The translations under genes were made by a program, and so were the position numbers. A stretch of 63,128 nt of DNA, the filler included, from Collodictyon triciliatum (taxonomy: Eukaryota): assembly GCA_043381765.1 (NCBI GenBank). It is 9 parts of 9 records of this genome, joined end to end, with 100 filler letters (N's around TTAATTAATTAA, not from the genome) between each part and the next. Parts side by side here need not be neighbours in the genome. Positions count along the whole stretch, not along the records: positions 22,937 to 29,511 come from JBHJMP010004371.1; positions 29,612 to 36,183 come from JBHJMP010004372.1; positions 36,284 to 42,854 come from JBHJMP010004373.1; 6 more parts are not named here. One strand, given 5' to 3'. The notes under the pieces are model-generated. The model made no database searches, was not told the DNA's origin, and saw only the letters and a list, made by a program, of their open reading frames with translations. Below, piece after piece: positions 24,742-38,600 of the stretch (positions are counted from its first letter, which is position 1; every line of letters starts with the position of its first letter).

Positions 24742-27700
24742 TCAATCAAATCTGCCTAACAAAACCCAACCTCGATAATTGCATTCATTCAGCAAATGTA
24801 CTTTACATGGACTGTCAAGTATGGAGACAAGGTTTTTAATTAAAATAGTTTCCCTCCTGAAGCAAATGGAAAGAAAGAAAAAATTGCGTCGGAGTTTATT
24901 CATAATTTTTTTTTTGCGAGTTGTGGAATAACGGAAAGCTGTTTGTGCCTTAATCTTATATTTGTCCCTCATTTCTCTTTCAATGAACAGACAATATGTC
25001 ACCTTCCTTGGCTGGTGTCCTTTCGAGCCATCTGCAATTAGGTGGTATAAGTATTATTTTGCTTTTTTGCTATATAGTTTAAATAAAAAGACTGAAAAGA
25101 AGGTAAAATAATGACTAGGAATTGAGGGGAATAGTACTCTGCCAATTGCCCGGAAGCAGCCAAGAGCAGACCCAAAAACGGTGGCGATGGACGAGTGGGC
25201 CGGCTCTTGAACTCGGGGTGGAATTGAGTCGCCACAAAATATCTAATTAGAAGAAGTAACTATCATGTAAATATGTGTAGATTCCAGCTTCATAGTCGAA
25301 TATTTGGCTTGTTGTGAGCTTAACATGTTTTCAGGGAGATGACATAAACGCGTAGATAGATGGACAAAAAGTATTAAATCAGGAGAATCCAGATACAATC
25401 CTCCTTAGTTCCCATGTTTGTGTCACATACGGATGATTCTCCAGCTCGACAATCTCCATTCGGAGGCGTGTATCATCGTGACCGACAAAGTGAAGTCCAG
25501 CTTTCTCCAGCTCTGTGAGATATTTTGTATTAACCTCGTAGCGGTGGCGATGACGCTCCTCGATAGTCTAAAAAAAATTCATTGTATTTCAGAGTCAATA
25601 AAAAAAATAAGAACATAGTGGGTTGTTTTACATGATATATTATCGTGATTAAATTAATTTAGATTTAACTTGGTCGTGTCTACCTTTTTATTGCCGTACA
25701 ATTTAGCGATGACAGAGTCTTGTCTTTGTATTATAGTTCGGCGGCTGCACAAATTTTACATATGCCATTATTTATTTATTTATTTTACAGGTTTGAAAAT
25801 ATTCCACCGTTTTCATGTTTATGATATATTTGTCCTGGTTGCTAGAATTTCAAGATGATACGAGAAAAGACTAGTTGAAACCTTCCGAGTCTCATCGTTC
25901 CCCCTAGATGGGTCATGGACACTTCAGGCATGGGTACTAAGCGACGCACCCGATGCAATACATTATTGAAGAACAATTGTAACGATATATTCATAATGAT
26001 GATACACTTGCATAATATACAAGAATGAAATAATTATGAGTTCCGTACTGATAACTTCATTTTTGCATTCCTTGGAGAACTCGGCGCTGTCTACTCCTTC
26101 GAGCTTAAGAACGTTTCTGACATAAAATCGAAGCTGTTTAAATATACAGAAATATATACTTAAAAAACGAATAATAATAATAATTGACTATGAATTCTAA
26201 TTTGTGGAGTTTTGTCGTGGAGACACAAAATAGATAAAAAAAAAAAATAGACGGTGAGCTTAATGCAAAAACCTGGCGAATTCGACCACAACCAACTGCA
26301 TCCCGAGGCAGATTCCAAGGTAAGGGATTTTATTTTCGCGGGCGTATTGAATAGCAAGGATTTTTCCTAAATATACGAATCTTGAGGATTCAGGCGGATA
26401 CAGGGCATAAAAAAAAAATATGCGTAAAATTATGAACCAAAGTGACGAAATAGTCTTGCAACATTAACCTTGAACTCCACGCTCACCAAAGCCCCCCGGA
26501 ACAATAATCCCGTGGGCGAGCTTCAAAAGTTCCCATGCTGATGTGTGTTTTTCTTGATTGAACTTCTCTTCCTCGTGCTTGGGGTCATGCGCCTCGTCCT
26601 TTTGAAGAGCGATACTGTATTGAAGGATTGTGTATACGTCCATTTAGAAAAAGGAAAAGTGTGAGGGAATATATGTGCCTGAATTCAAATCTGATGATGA
26701 AATAAAAGGCTATAAAACGACATAAAGAGTAAATCAACATTAAAACTCGGTTCTTTCAGTTCAACCTTTCAACCCAGAGAATTTCTAGCTTTCGGTGTAC
26801 TGCTAGAGCCGCATGTTGGATCGATCGAACAACAGATAGATAAGAGTCTGACAAATCTGTATATTTTCCAACAAGGGCAATTTTCACCTGAATGGGATGT
26901 GATAGGCAAGGAAAGAGTAATTCAGCACTAGATGCAATACACATTAAATAAATCATATATAAAAATACAGCACACAAATCAAGTTTTATTAAAAAAAATT
27001 ATTTATTTATTTGAGATAAATGAAAGCTTTATTACTGTCTCGGTTATCTGATCAGCACAGTCGGCAAGGCGAGTCCATTCGCTCAAAAGTGGATGTGGTG
27101 TTTGTGGCTGCAATATTGTTCCATGTATTGCATACAGTAAGCATATATAATCAGCCTTTTTTCTTTTTCTTTTCTTTATTTATGTGTATTTCCTCATTAT
27201 CTTTGTACATGGATGCACAAGAAGTTCAATTAAATTACGCCTTACTTTCTCATCAAGCATTTTAAAGTGTTTCAATATGATATCCGCTACATTTTGTTGC
27301 TTCAGAAGGAGTGGAACCTGTTCAAATAAGGCGTAATATACAAAGTTATGTATTGAAGTTGATTAGTTAATGATGCAATATTTATGATAATTTTCTCCTT
27401 TTTATTTTTCCTGTCTCTCCTACTCGATAGATATTGGAGACATCGTGCACACCGATGACATTATCAGTAGGGACATGGCAAAAAAGTCCGAGTTTTTCCT
27501 TCGTTCCCTGCTCTAAAGGCTGGCTACTTCGGCACATAAGAAGGTCAGGCGTCAATCCCAAGGCTCTCAGCTGCTGAACTCCTGTTATGAGACACCGTGG
27601 TTATATTTATGCAAAGGTATTCGAATATGAATCCAAAGTATATATACTATTTTGAGTGTTATGATTGCACTCAATTTGGGGGTAACCATAAGGTTATTAA

Positions 27701-29277
27701 ACTAGGAGCGCAAAGTATGAGAATTGAATAGGGTAAATGAAAACAAGTTCTGTTCAGCAAGTAAAATAAGTCGCTTTTTTTTTTGTTTCGAACCATGTTG
27801 CGTGGGCTTTGTCTTTTGCTCTCCAACAACACCGATAACAGGTATCAAACTCACATGCTGTGAAATGGGTAGGAAGGTTAATTGATAATAGGACTATACA
27901 TATCAAAGTCAATCAAAAATCACAAAAAAAAAATTTAACAATGAAAAAAGGATACCAAGTGGCAAATGTTTTGAGAACCGATGCCGAATTGGAATTGACG
28001 GAGAGCCTCAACAAAGGGCATGGATTCAATATCACCAACTGTCCCACCAAGTTCGATAACCTATATGTTCATTAGTGAGGATACATGGCGAAGCTAAAAA
28101 CAATCTCATATATGTCAAACCAGATGAATGAAAAACTCATGCATTGTGGCTTCATCACAGTCAATTTAATTTTAGCTCAGTATTCTGAACACTCACGCAA
28201 ACATCTGCAGGTGCTCCAGAATCATCAACAGGCATTTGTGATACTGTTTGAATCCATTGTTGGATGGCGTTTGTGATGTGGGGTACCTATGAGAGCATGT
28301 ATCTGCATGTAAAATTATAGTGCGACTATTGTTTGGCGAGTACTAAGGCCAGGCATCATCCAACAGCAAACTGGCCGCATGAAGTGTTGTTCAAAATAGT
28401 ATAATCAGTTCCAGTGAATTCGTTGCCAATTCCAATGAAAATGGAAGACATATATTCTCTGAGCAAACATAAAAATGTCCCCAACGCCATCTAATCAAGT
28501 TTCCTCTCTTTCTTATTTTATTTTATCTTTTCAAACACTAGCTCTTACCACTTGCACGGTCTTTCCAAGGTAATCGCCTCGTCTTTCCCGGGCTATAACC
28601 TGCTGATAAACTTTGCCGGTTGTCAAGTTGTTGTTGGCTGTCAAGGTGATATCCAAAAAGCGCTCATAGTTGCCCAAATCCAGGTCAACTTCGCCACCGT
28701 CATCAAGGACAAAGACCTAAAAGAAAAATCAGGACGCAAATTTTGATAACCAAAAAACGAACGTGCGCTAAAGTAAATAAAAAGATATATCCTGATAGGT
28801 TTGATACAACTTCCAAAAACAATAACAAAAAAATGCATGCACTGGTTTGCTTCCATACCAGTATACGCAAAAGAATAAACACATATAGACATCTATATTG
28901 TCACAAAAATAATTATATGAAGTATTTGAGACTTCTCCGTGCTCGAAAGGAGACATCAATCCAGCATCGAGATTGATGTATGGATCGATCTTTATCGCGG
29001 TGACTCGCAAGCCACGCATCTTGAGCAGAAGTCCGGTGCTGCTGGCAATCACACCTTTTCCAATGCCGCTGTTTCACATGCATTTGTTTACAAGTATACG
29101 ATGAAAACGAGAAAAAGAAATTTGGTTATTCTATTCTCAAACATATGCGCTTATTATCCTGAAAAGAAAAGTTTCTTGAGGCTTCTTCTGTCAGGATTGT
29201 GAACAGATATAGTATATGTGTAAAGATGTATACCTCATTACACCACCAGAGACAAGTACATATTTGATCTTCGACAT
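24742..29277 (-). CDS. CTPS: CTP synthase, multi-exon
   Basis: [99 protein letters not shown]. Confidence 0.98.
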
Positions 29278-29454
29278 TATCCTTGGACAATTGGTCGCTC
29301 TTGATAAAGCTACAAAAGATAATTCAGAGGTGTATAAAGGGAGAGCTTCTGCCAAGCGTTAAGCGTCGGAGTTTCCTCCCGTAGTTGAGCAAATCTTGGC
29401 ATCTTAATCTCACATTTTACTCGAGTTTTTTTGTTTTTTTTTTTGTTTTTTTTT

Positions 29455-29511
<57 letters not shown>

Positions 29512-29611
29512 NNNNNNNNNNNNNNNNNNNNNNNNNNNNNNNNNNNNNNNNNNNNTTAATTAATTAANNNNNNNNNNNNNNNNNNNNNNNNNNNNNNNNN
29601 NNNNNNNNNNN

Positions 29612-29710
29612 GTCTTTCTGTCTTTCTGTCTTTCTGTCTTTCTGTCTTTCTGTCTTTCTGTCTTTCTGTCTTTCTGTCTTTCTGTCTTTCTGTCTTTCTG
29701 TCTTTCTGTC
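29612..29710. repeat. (GTCTTTCT)n at scaffold start
   Basis: Tandem octamer seen directly. Confidence 0.95.
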
Positions 29711-29770
29711 TTTTTCTTATGTGCTTCATCCAACTTTTAGAGGAGCTGCTTGAGTGCTGCTGTCTTGGCC

Positions 29771-32700
29771 ATGGAGCAAGGGGCTTCCAGGTTTATACAT
29801 ATTTTATTTTCTGGGACACCTCACTGAGCAAATATTTATATTCCACTAAATCCGCTCATGCGGTTGATAAACTTCACGTTCTGAAGTTTTAAAGTTTCTT
29901 TTGCGTTATTGGTTTCTATAAAATATAGATACATAGATTGCAAATATATGTTCTGCTTGTAGAATATTGATAAAAATCATATTTCTTGGGCACAGAAATG
30001 AGCTTTTTCGGTCCACATTTACCTCTGTGACCCTGTCTCATTTCAAGAAGCTCGCACTTGAAGGTGAACTGCGTCATCTTCCGTTCAGAAGTCTCTTTTG
30101 GAAGGTCTACCACAGTCTTTCCTTTTCCACTCAACTAATAATTTTTATCGTTTCATTTCCTTTCATAAACTATATGTTTATGTTCATGCGAAATATATTC
30201 TTTTGGTATTATTCAAATAAAACAATGCCACCTTCTTTTTCTCTCTCTCTCTCTCTCTTTCTCTACTGCATCACAAAAGTTGTTTTTCGAGGTTATATCT
30301 CCTTCTCCTGGGTTGATTGAGGCACCTGAAGAGATCAAACACCACCGCGATGCCTATCAGTCACTAAGAGACAAACTGATGGCTGATCCAAGGCAGACAA
30401 GCAAAGCAGATACATCCCTAAATAATCCACTCTCGCAATCAGATGAGGTTTCTCCTGAATAATCAATCGAAAAAAAAATCTCTGACTGAAATGTTGCTTT
30501 TTAAAATTTTTATAAAGTATCCATTTTCCTTCTTTTTTTAAAAAAAAAAAAATTGGGCAGAGTCCTTGGGCTAAATTCTTTCAAAATGAGGAACTCATGA
30601 AGCAAATCGAAATTGACGTCGAGAGAACGTAACTCAATCATATATATATGTATATATACCTTTCTTTTTTTCCGTACATAACCACTTCTCTATTTTATTT
30701 AGTTATAAGTAAACTGGGCCGCATTTTTTTGCCTCATTTCTACCACAGATTTCCAGACAACGAATTTTTTCGAGATGAAGATGTTAGAAAGATGATGGCA
30801 AACGTACTATTTGTTTATGCCAAAAGTAACCCTGCTGTGGGATATAAGCAAGGAATGCATGAGCTTCTGGCACCCATTATATATCTCGTCGATCGTGAAA
30901 AGACAATTTGCAGCGGGTACAGTTCAACACTCTTTAAATCATTTATCTACTTTCCAAAATACATCGTAGCTGGTGTGCTGAGTTTTCCAATAGTTCCACA
31001 AAAATGTAAACCAAAGAAAAAGTGTGTCTATTGGTTATTGACAAAAAAAATAATAATAATCCCTTGGGCGCTAGTTCCACAAAAGAAGTAGATGCAATTT
31101 TGACAGATTCAAGATTTGTAGAGCATGATGCAGCTGAGATTTTCAACAGGTTGATGAATGTTTGCCATGAATGGTTCTTGACATCGTCCTCATCCCCGCC
31201 CCAACCACAAGTTCCTGTGAGTTTCACACACATTATGCATGTTCGTTTATCTTGATTTTTTGGATGAATAAACCAACCCATTTTATTCTAAGGTATCCAA
31301 AACATCTTTGAGTAGAGCAAGTGCCTTGTCTGTAGATGAAGCACCCGCTAAAGTGGAGGTTTGCTATATTAGTACTTATGGTCTCTTACTCGTTAAAGGA
31401 ATGAAGCATAGTCCTCCATCATCCACAACTTGTTCAAGAGTTTACAGCCATTGAAATGTTTATCACTCAAATGAATGATATCGCTTGCTATTCAAGCCCA
31501 TATCAGTGGCAGTTAGGAAATGCAATAGGATTTACCACATTTTACTAAAGAGTAAAGACAATCAACTTTATCAGTACTTGGAAAGTCAGAAAATTGAACC
31601 TCAAATATATTGTTTGTAAGTAATCTCCAAAGAACAGAAGCAGCCTCATTATATTGACATTTGAATGCATGACAGATCGCATCTATTGCTGCCTGTATTC
31701 ATTAAAATCGTCCTTTTCTTTTCGCTTCCTTTTTTCTTTCTTTCGAAACAAAAAAAATGTAAGGAAATGGGTGCGACTCTTGTTTGGGCGAGAATTCCAC
31801 CTTGAAGATGTTCTTACCCTTTGGGATGCAATTTTTGCATCCAACATCTCCCAATACGTAGAATACATAGCAGTTGCCATGCTTGTTTATGTCAGGGAGC
31901 AAGGTAGGTCAATCATAAAATCCTATTTCCTCTTCGATTCCCATGAAACCAATTTCTTAACAACCACACTGACAAATAAAAACAAGTGGTATACAATGTA
32001 CCGCGACTATGTATCCCCATATCGACATACCTTTCAATGCATTTACTCACAAAAGTGACATTCTTTTGGTTATTATTTTGATTAAAAGTGATTGGAAAGG
32101 ATAGCATGCAAGCGATGAAGCGATTGTTGAAATTTCCTCCGGTAGAAGATATAACAGTGATATCAAAGCATGCATGCCAACTTCAAGACCCATCCTACAA
32201 ACCTTTCCAGAAGAAATCGTATGCACCTCCGCCAGTGCCTGTGACAAGTTCCCCAGCAGTGGAAAACTCATTGAACCCTGGCTCGGAGAAAGGGGCGTAT
32301 CAAGATAAGCCAGCCCCAACAAAAATATCATCGGTCTCGACATACAACCCGTCATACGGAATATTTCAATCCTCTCAGCAACGCTCACCAAGCACATCGC
32401 AGTCTTCGCAGTCTCAAGTAAAGGTATTTTCATCCAAAAATATCTTTAAAATCTCATCGCCGTTTTTCTTTCTTTCTTCATGCTTTTTCAATTACATTCT
32501 TTACATCTTTCCAGTATATTGAAATTCATCGATTTAAGAAAAAAGAACGTACAATTAAAATACTATTTTTTTTTTGTTCGTAAGTCGATTTTAATCTATG
32601 TTGTTTTGTGATATAGATTGTGTCTTCAATCCGTAACATAATGCCCAAATCGAAAGAACCTGAAACTAGACCTATTGTCCAAAGTTTGCAATCAAGAGTG

Positions 32701-33444
32701 GATGAACTTGAGGTATATCGCGGCCATCATAATCATATCAAAGGATATATTTATTTCGTATATACGATAATTTAATTAGGTGCAAAAAGAGCTATATTTT
32801 CGGCGCTTATGTTACTGTTGCTTTTATAGAGTGCTAATTCAAATTGCGATAGGCCGAAAACGATAGATTGATTCGCCTTCAGCAACAAATGGCTGAAAAG
32901 CTTCAACTTGCCATCGACACTCTACAAACAGAGTATGCCGAGAATGGGTAAATCAACATATGAACGTGACACCTACACATCAGAATTCAGGAATTATATT
33001 CCGTCGCAATAGTTACAAAAAAAAAAAAACACTATTGGTATATTGTCCCTCTTTTCTTCTCTTGGGTGCCAGTGCGGCTATAATCTACATTACATAATTA
33101 TCAGAGCTCTGTGAGATTTCCATAAATGCATCATCTATTACAGGGTGCCGCCAGACGAAAACAAAGTGCAGATTACAATAGCTGAACTGAAGCGAGTCAA
33201 GGATGTGCTTTCGCATGTATGACTTTTATTATTTTATTTTACCGTTTCGTCTTTTCTATCTTTCTTTTTCTTTTTCTTTTTCTTTTTCCCTTATCGTCTT
33301 GTATCTTCCCACTCACAATTCCACAATCCGAAGATTCTCGTTCTTCCCGAAGATATGCATCCAAATCCACCAACAGAGACACCAGAGCCTGTGTCATCGA
33401 AGAAAGGGAAAGCGGTCGACCCGCTCGGTGCGTTGATTGCGTGA
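29771..33444 (+). CDS. TBC1D5: Rab-GAP TBC1D5-like protein, multi-exon
   Basis: LNNPLSQSDESPWAKFFQNEEL..QIEIDVERTFPD, YKQGMHELLAPI, FVEHDA, WVRLLFGREF, LWDAIFA, C-terminal coiled coil and DPLGA. Confidence 0.9.
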
Positions 33445-33580
33445 ACAGCACCTCGAGAAAAAAAAACTGGGACAAGCACGAGATAAACACAATATACATG
33501 ATTAAAGCGCCCTATTGGCTTGTCTCCAAGTGGAGTACACCAATGCGTGATATCGACAAAAGCACAGCCTTTATACCGCG

Positions 33581-34015
33581 CTAACCCCGGCCAAGTTGCC
33601 AATCGCGTGTAGCCTGCATCAACGCAGGTGCCTCTCTGCGGACACCACGAATCCCTTTGGTCAAGACAGAAACACGCGGCACAAGTCTCCTGACGATACG
33701 CTCGGCCACCTGCAAGACAAGCGGCGTCAATCTTTTGCGTGGAGAAAGATGGAGCAGTAGGGTGGTGGTTGTTGTTGCTTGTGGGGCATGATTTACATCG
33801 ATCATCGCCATCACGAAAAAAAAAAGGTTTGTAAAGAGTAGATAAAACGGTACCTGCGCCGAGTTTGCGTCCTCTTCGTCGGCGATTACTATGTGCGCGT
33901 TTGTGATTTTGGACAGAATTTGAGACAGCCTTTCGTCGGAGTATGGAGGAGGCAGGTTGAATGAATGGACGACGCTGTCGACTCGGAAGCTTTGATGGAT
34001 GGATTGACGGATTGG

Positions 34016-34094
<79 letters not shown>

Positions 34095-35990
34095 GTTGGT
34101 TGGTTGGTTTTGGCGAGGTGAGGTAAGGAAAATGAAATGATTTGGGGTATAAATTTCCTGCTCTTGCTTTGAATAAATATGTATGTCTTGTGAATAATAA
34201 TGATATGTGAAGTGGCATGGAAGGGACAAGAATGTACTCTTCTTCAGGTCGCAAATCGATGACATGAATATGCTTGTGAAAGCGCTTCAAATCGCGCACT
34301 TTGATTCGGCCAACGAGCTCTTCCTTGAGTCTCTGGAGTGGGGGCGACGAAAGCAGCTCTTCCTCCTGTGGATATAAAAATTTTTGCCAAATAACATAAT
34401 ACATAATACAGGTTCCAATATTAAAGGAATGGATATAGGCTTGATATTTTGGTGTAATGAGAAAGGTACCGTGGGTGCGGGATGTTTGGAAAAAAGTGTT
34501 TCTATAAGAGATTCTGGTGTGGATGTGTGCAACTCCTGTTTGGAAAAAAATTGGAGAGGAAAGAAAGAAGGTTTGGATAACAACCATATTTTAAATTTCA
34601 TTTACGGGTAACATGCATTCTTAATTTGAAATTAACCAGGCCCATTGTGATACATTGGTCGATGTTGATTGTAGGTAGATTGGAAAATATGACGATGCAT
34701 GAGTTCAAATCAGAAGGCTAGACCAAATAAATTGAGTAGAAAGAATGATAGATACCTTTGTAAGTAAGTTTATGAATCCTATTGTATGAAAGAAAGAAAG
34801 AAAAAGATAAACGGATAAACAGCAGTGCACCTCTCGCAAAATGCTATAGCAATAAATATAAATTGGCATATAAATGAGCATGGAAAGATGCATACCAAGA
34901 GAAAATGACGCAAACTTTTCAAAATGGATACCGCCAGGGAACAGATAAATGATGAATTCGTTATCAAGAGCGTATCCCAAAGAATGTATGTTGTGTCGAG
35001 AGGGAAAACATGTGGATTTTGGTGAAGGAATATTAATTGAAGAAATCAGTCCAATTTTTTCTACTAATAATAATATTTTTGAAACTCAATCGATATTAAA
35101 ATATTGAGAAAAAATAATTAAACTGTTATGTCATATTTAAAGTTTTTTTTTTTTTGGATATGAGAAAAAAGCGTGAGAACCCATGGGATAGCAAACATTT
35201 CTGGGATGAATCCTTGTCGTTTGAGATGCACTATTTAAATCATAAAATTGAATCTTATTTAAACAGGATAATGAAAGGGCGGGTGGATGCACATAAGTCA
35301 TATGATATATAAAAGAAATGCATCGAAAAAATGTAAATGAAACACATCGCTTTGCTATTACGTCCAAGTTCGGGGTCGTGGTAAGTGAGGGAATGGTCGA
35401 AAAGCATCAACGTTTCCTGGTATTATTTTGAATAATAATGAGAAAATATTTTGGTACTTTGAATTGAATTTAGTAAAACAAGTAAAGTTTATGGTTTCAT
35501 TATGAACAAATAAATGATAGGCAACAAGGTTATAACCGAAAAAAAAATTATGCATCTTTTTGAAAATATCGCGTAGATGAAGCAACTTTGGAGATTCAGT
35601 TCACTTAAATATTGCTGTTTTCTGTAGCATAAAACTCAATCGGAGTATAAAAAAGTGACAAAGTGGAGGCTCAGTCACCAAACCTGAAGTGCTACTGAGT
35701 TGTCTGGAAGGAAGAAGTTCTGCTCAATGATTTAACCAGATATTAAATTAATATCGGAAATATTGGGGCAGACAGGTAAAAATGTGATGAAGCTTTCAAA
35801 TAGTATTAATGATAGGGATTCATGTCTTACAGGCCATACAAAAAAAAAAATCCCAACAGGGATAAGGAAAACAAAAAGGAATGAATAATTACCCGCAAAA
35901 ATTTATTTGTTAATTGATGGAGGCAGGCAAAGGCGCGGGCTTCGTTATTGAAGTTCAGAGAAAGAAACGGAGCACAAAGTGAATCAAGTC
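33581..35990 (-). CDS. TBCK: TBCK-like protein, 3' part (TBC C-terminal half plus rhodanese-like domain); 5' end outside the scaffold
   Basis: [48 protein letters not shown] and [11 protein letters not shown] match recalled TBCK blocks. Confidence 0.85.
34013..34109. repeat. (GATT)n/(GGTT)n microsatellite within a TBCK intron
   Basis: Tandem tetramers seen directly. Confidence 0.95.
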
Positions 35991-36283
35991 CTAGATTTTG
36001 TCCGAAAAATATAATGATTTGGAATAGATTGTGAAAATGCATAGTTTCGAATCAAATGCTTCAGAAAATTTATTAATGCTAATTTGCGTTTTTTTTCTTT
36101 TTTTTCTTTTTTTTTCTTTTTTTTCTTTTTTTTCTTTTTTTTCTTTTTTTTCTTTTTTTCTTTTTTTCTTTTTTTTCTTTTTTNNNNNNNNNNNNNNNNN
36201 NNNNNNNNNNNNNNNNNNNNNNNNNNNTTAATTAATTAANNNNNNNNNNNNNNNNNNNNNNNNNNNNNNNNNNNNNNNNNNNN

Positions 36284-36397
36284 GGATTTTATGGATTTTA
36301 TGGATTTTATGGATTTTATGGATTTTATGGATTTTATGGATTTTATGGATTTTATGGATTTTATGGATTTTATGGATTTTATGGATTTTATGGATTT
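36284..36397. repeat. (GGATTTTAT)n at scaffold start
   Basis: Tandem 9-mer seen directly. Confidence 0.95.
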
Positions 36398-36409
36398 CAT
36401 CGCAAATTA

Positions 36410-38600
36410 TTGCAAAAATCGGTCATCTCCAAGCAATATCTCATCCAGGACAAGTAGTTTACGAGAATCTACATCGCTCATTCCGAAAAAAAAAACATAT
36501 CTGCAAGACGATGCCTGACTTCAACGCGACAGAGAAACTGGCCATATTTAAAGAACGATGCAGCTCTGACAATTTTCCTCAAGGACAAACTCGACAAAAC
36601 AGAGTAACTTGGAAAAAGTTTATTCACGTAGTACATTGAAACCAACTTATTCGTCTCAAACCACGCAGGAGTTGTAAGCAGCATCAAGATATGTAAGAAT
36701 ACCAGAGTGTTTCGAAATTTATTCCGATCAGGTAAAAAAAATTCGGAATACCTTCAGTTCCATCGATTAAATCTGCGATGCTCTTTTCAATTTTTGCGGT
36801 AGGAACTGGCGGCAATTTTCAACCATCGAGTCCTGGCGCTGTGATGTAGAAATCTGCTCGAGAATTAAGAAAAGAACCAGCACACGCTTAGATCTTCGCT
36901 GTAAATCTCGTAATTATACAACTTTTTGTCATGAACAGCGACCAAACTGGAAACCTTGCTTGATGTAAGCCAAACTTACCAGATAGCCATCACACATTCA
37001 CATCTTTTTATTTTAATCAGTTTCAATTAGTTCTTTGAATTGTCATTCTTATATAAGCGCAGAGGGTTTTAGCACTTTGTTCCCTTTTTTAGAATGGATA
37101 TTTGGGACACGCGGCCTATAAAAGTTCCCTCAGGGGCGTCAGAACAGTTGCGGCTAGCTGTTGTCTACCCATCCATTGGAACGCTAGAAACTGCGGCAAG
37201 AGGAGGACGCAACTCTGAGGAACCGACATTTCCTACTTGAACAATCATTTCCACCATGCTGCTATGCATCGCATCTAATCTATACTGTGCATACATATAC
37301 ATTAAAGAAGGAACTCATGAGCATCCTACCTTAAGCCTGACGGAATTTAAGCAATTCACATATATGCCAGGATTTAATTCTGGTACCAACGATGAAACTC
37401 TAACTGAACCTAATGACAGTTCGGCGAGTACTTGGCGTCATCCCCACTCCTTGTTTTTTGTGTGCCGCTGCCTGTTCTGGTGCTTGGTATTAAAATGCAC
37501 GCAGTGATAGCATGTGAGCCCGCCTTCTTTCAGCAATTGTATTTCTTAGATGAAAAAAAAAAGACCAAACATCGCTCGCAACTCTTTCTTCCCTCAAAAC
37601 GAATAACGTGGTTTCGCGGTGGTGCAGTCATCGGCGAAATGCGTGGATAAGACAGACATTAACATGCCGGTAGCAATTACTTTTGTCGATTCGTTACATT
37701 TATCTATCAGTCATCCAATTTTGATATATTAGGGAATCAGATGGGTTATACTAGGACAAATATTGTAATTGTACTAAATTCCACAATTATAATGAATGAT
37801 AACGAACTTACAAATGAATCACCAATATGGACATGGATTATCTCACGAACGGCAGGCGACTCTGAGAATGGCAAAAAATCCAACACGTTTTCCATCAAGC
37901 TTTCGCACCCAGAAGTGTCCAACAAACCCGACTCCGTGGCCTTTCGATGTGTTCAGGTTACCGGAGACATATCTCCGACGGGCTGAAGCAGAAAAATTGC
38001 GGCAGACTTGTTCCAAGCTGCAGTTGGCTTCTCGTTTTATTTTTCTTGTTATGGAGAAACTACATCTTAGGTATGTGCTTCATTCGATTTTGTCGCCAGA
38101 AATCCAAAACCGCATTTGTACAAGCATCTAGCCACGGATGTTCTTCTAATCATGTGGATGGCCCCTTCTCCCATGATTCAACAATATCCATTTACCAAGA
38201 CATAGTGGTAATACATATTCACCAACGCCAGCAGTGCCCGTGCTTTCAGAGGGTTTTACCAATGAAAACTACAAGATAATTGTTATCATAAAAGCATCTG
38301 CAAGTCCTGTCCTTCTTTTGGGGATATTGTTAAACAGAAAACATTGCTCCGTTGCATAGGAAGAGCATCGAAGGAATGATGAATATGTGGCAGTCTACCA
38401 CTCTACGAAGCTTTTGACAAACTGCAAGTTATTGCCTCTTCATAGACTTCGCGAAGTTTTTCAAGTGGTTGGTCGATCTTGCGAAGACAGTTGAACCAAT
38501 TTCAGCTCTTCAATATTCTTATATCATCGCCAATACTTAACGTAGGATATGTGTGTTCTTCATTATCAAGTGCACTGTGTAATACAATTTGGAATATTCA
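36410..38600 (-). pseudogene. Possible decayed coding sequence, unidentified
   Basis: Higher GC than the adjacent 38.7-40 kb DNA, protein-like fragments (e.g. RKLLVLDEILLGDDRF) broken by many stops, some splice-like signals. Confidence 0.3.

Noticed and set aside
33291-34587. 324-aa and 232-aa minus-strand ORFs
   Set aside because: Read-through of TBCK exons, introns and a (GATT)n repeat; not independent genes
37820-37850. REIIHVHIG on the minus strand resembling a tubulin N-terminus
   Set aside because: No following GQxG or other tubulin motifs
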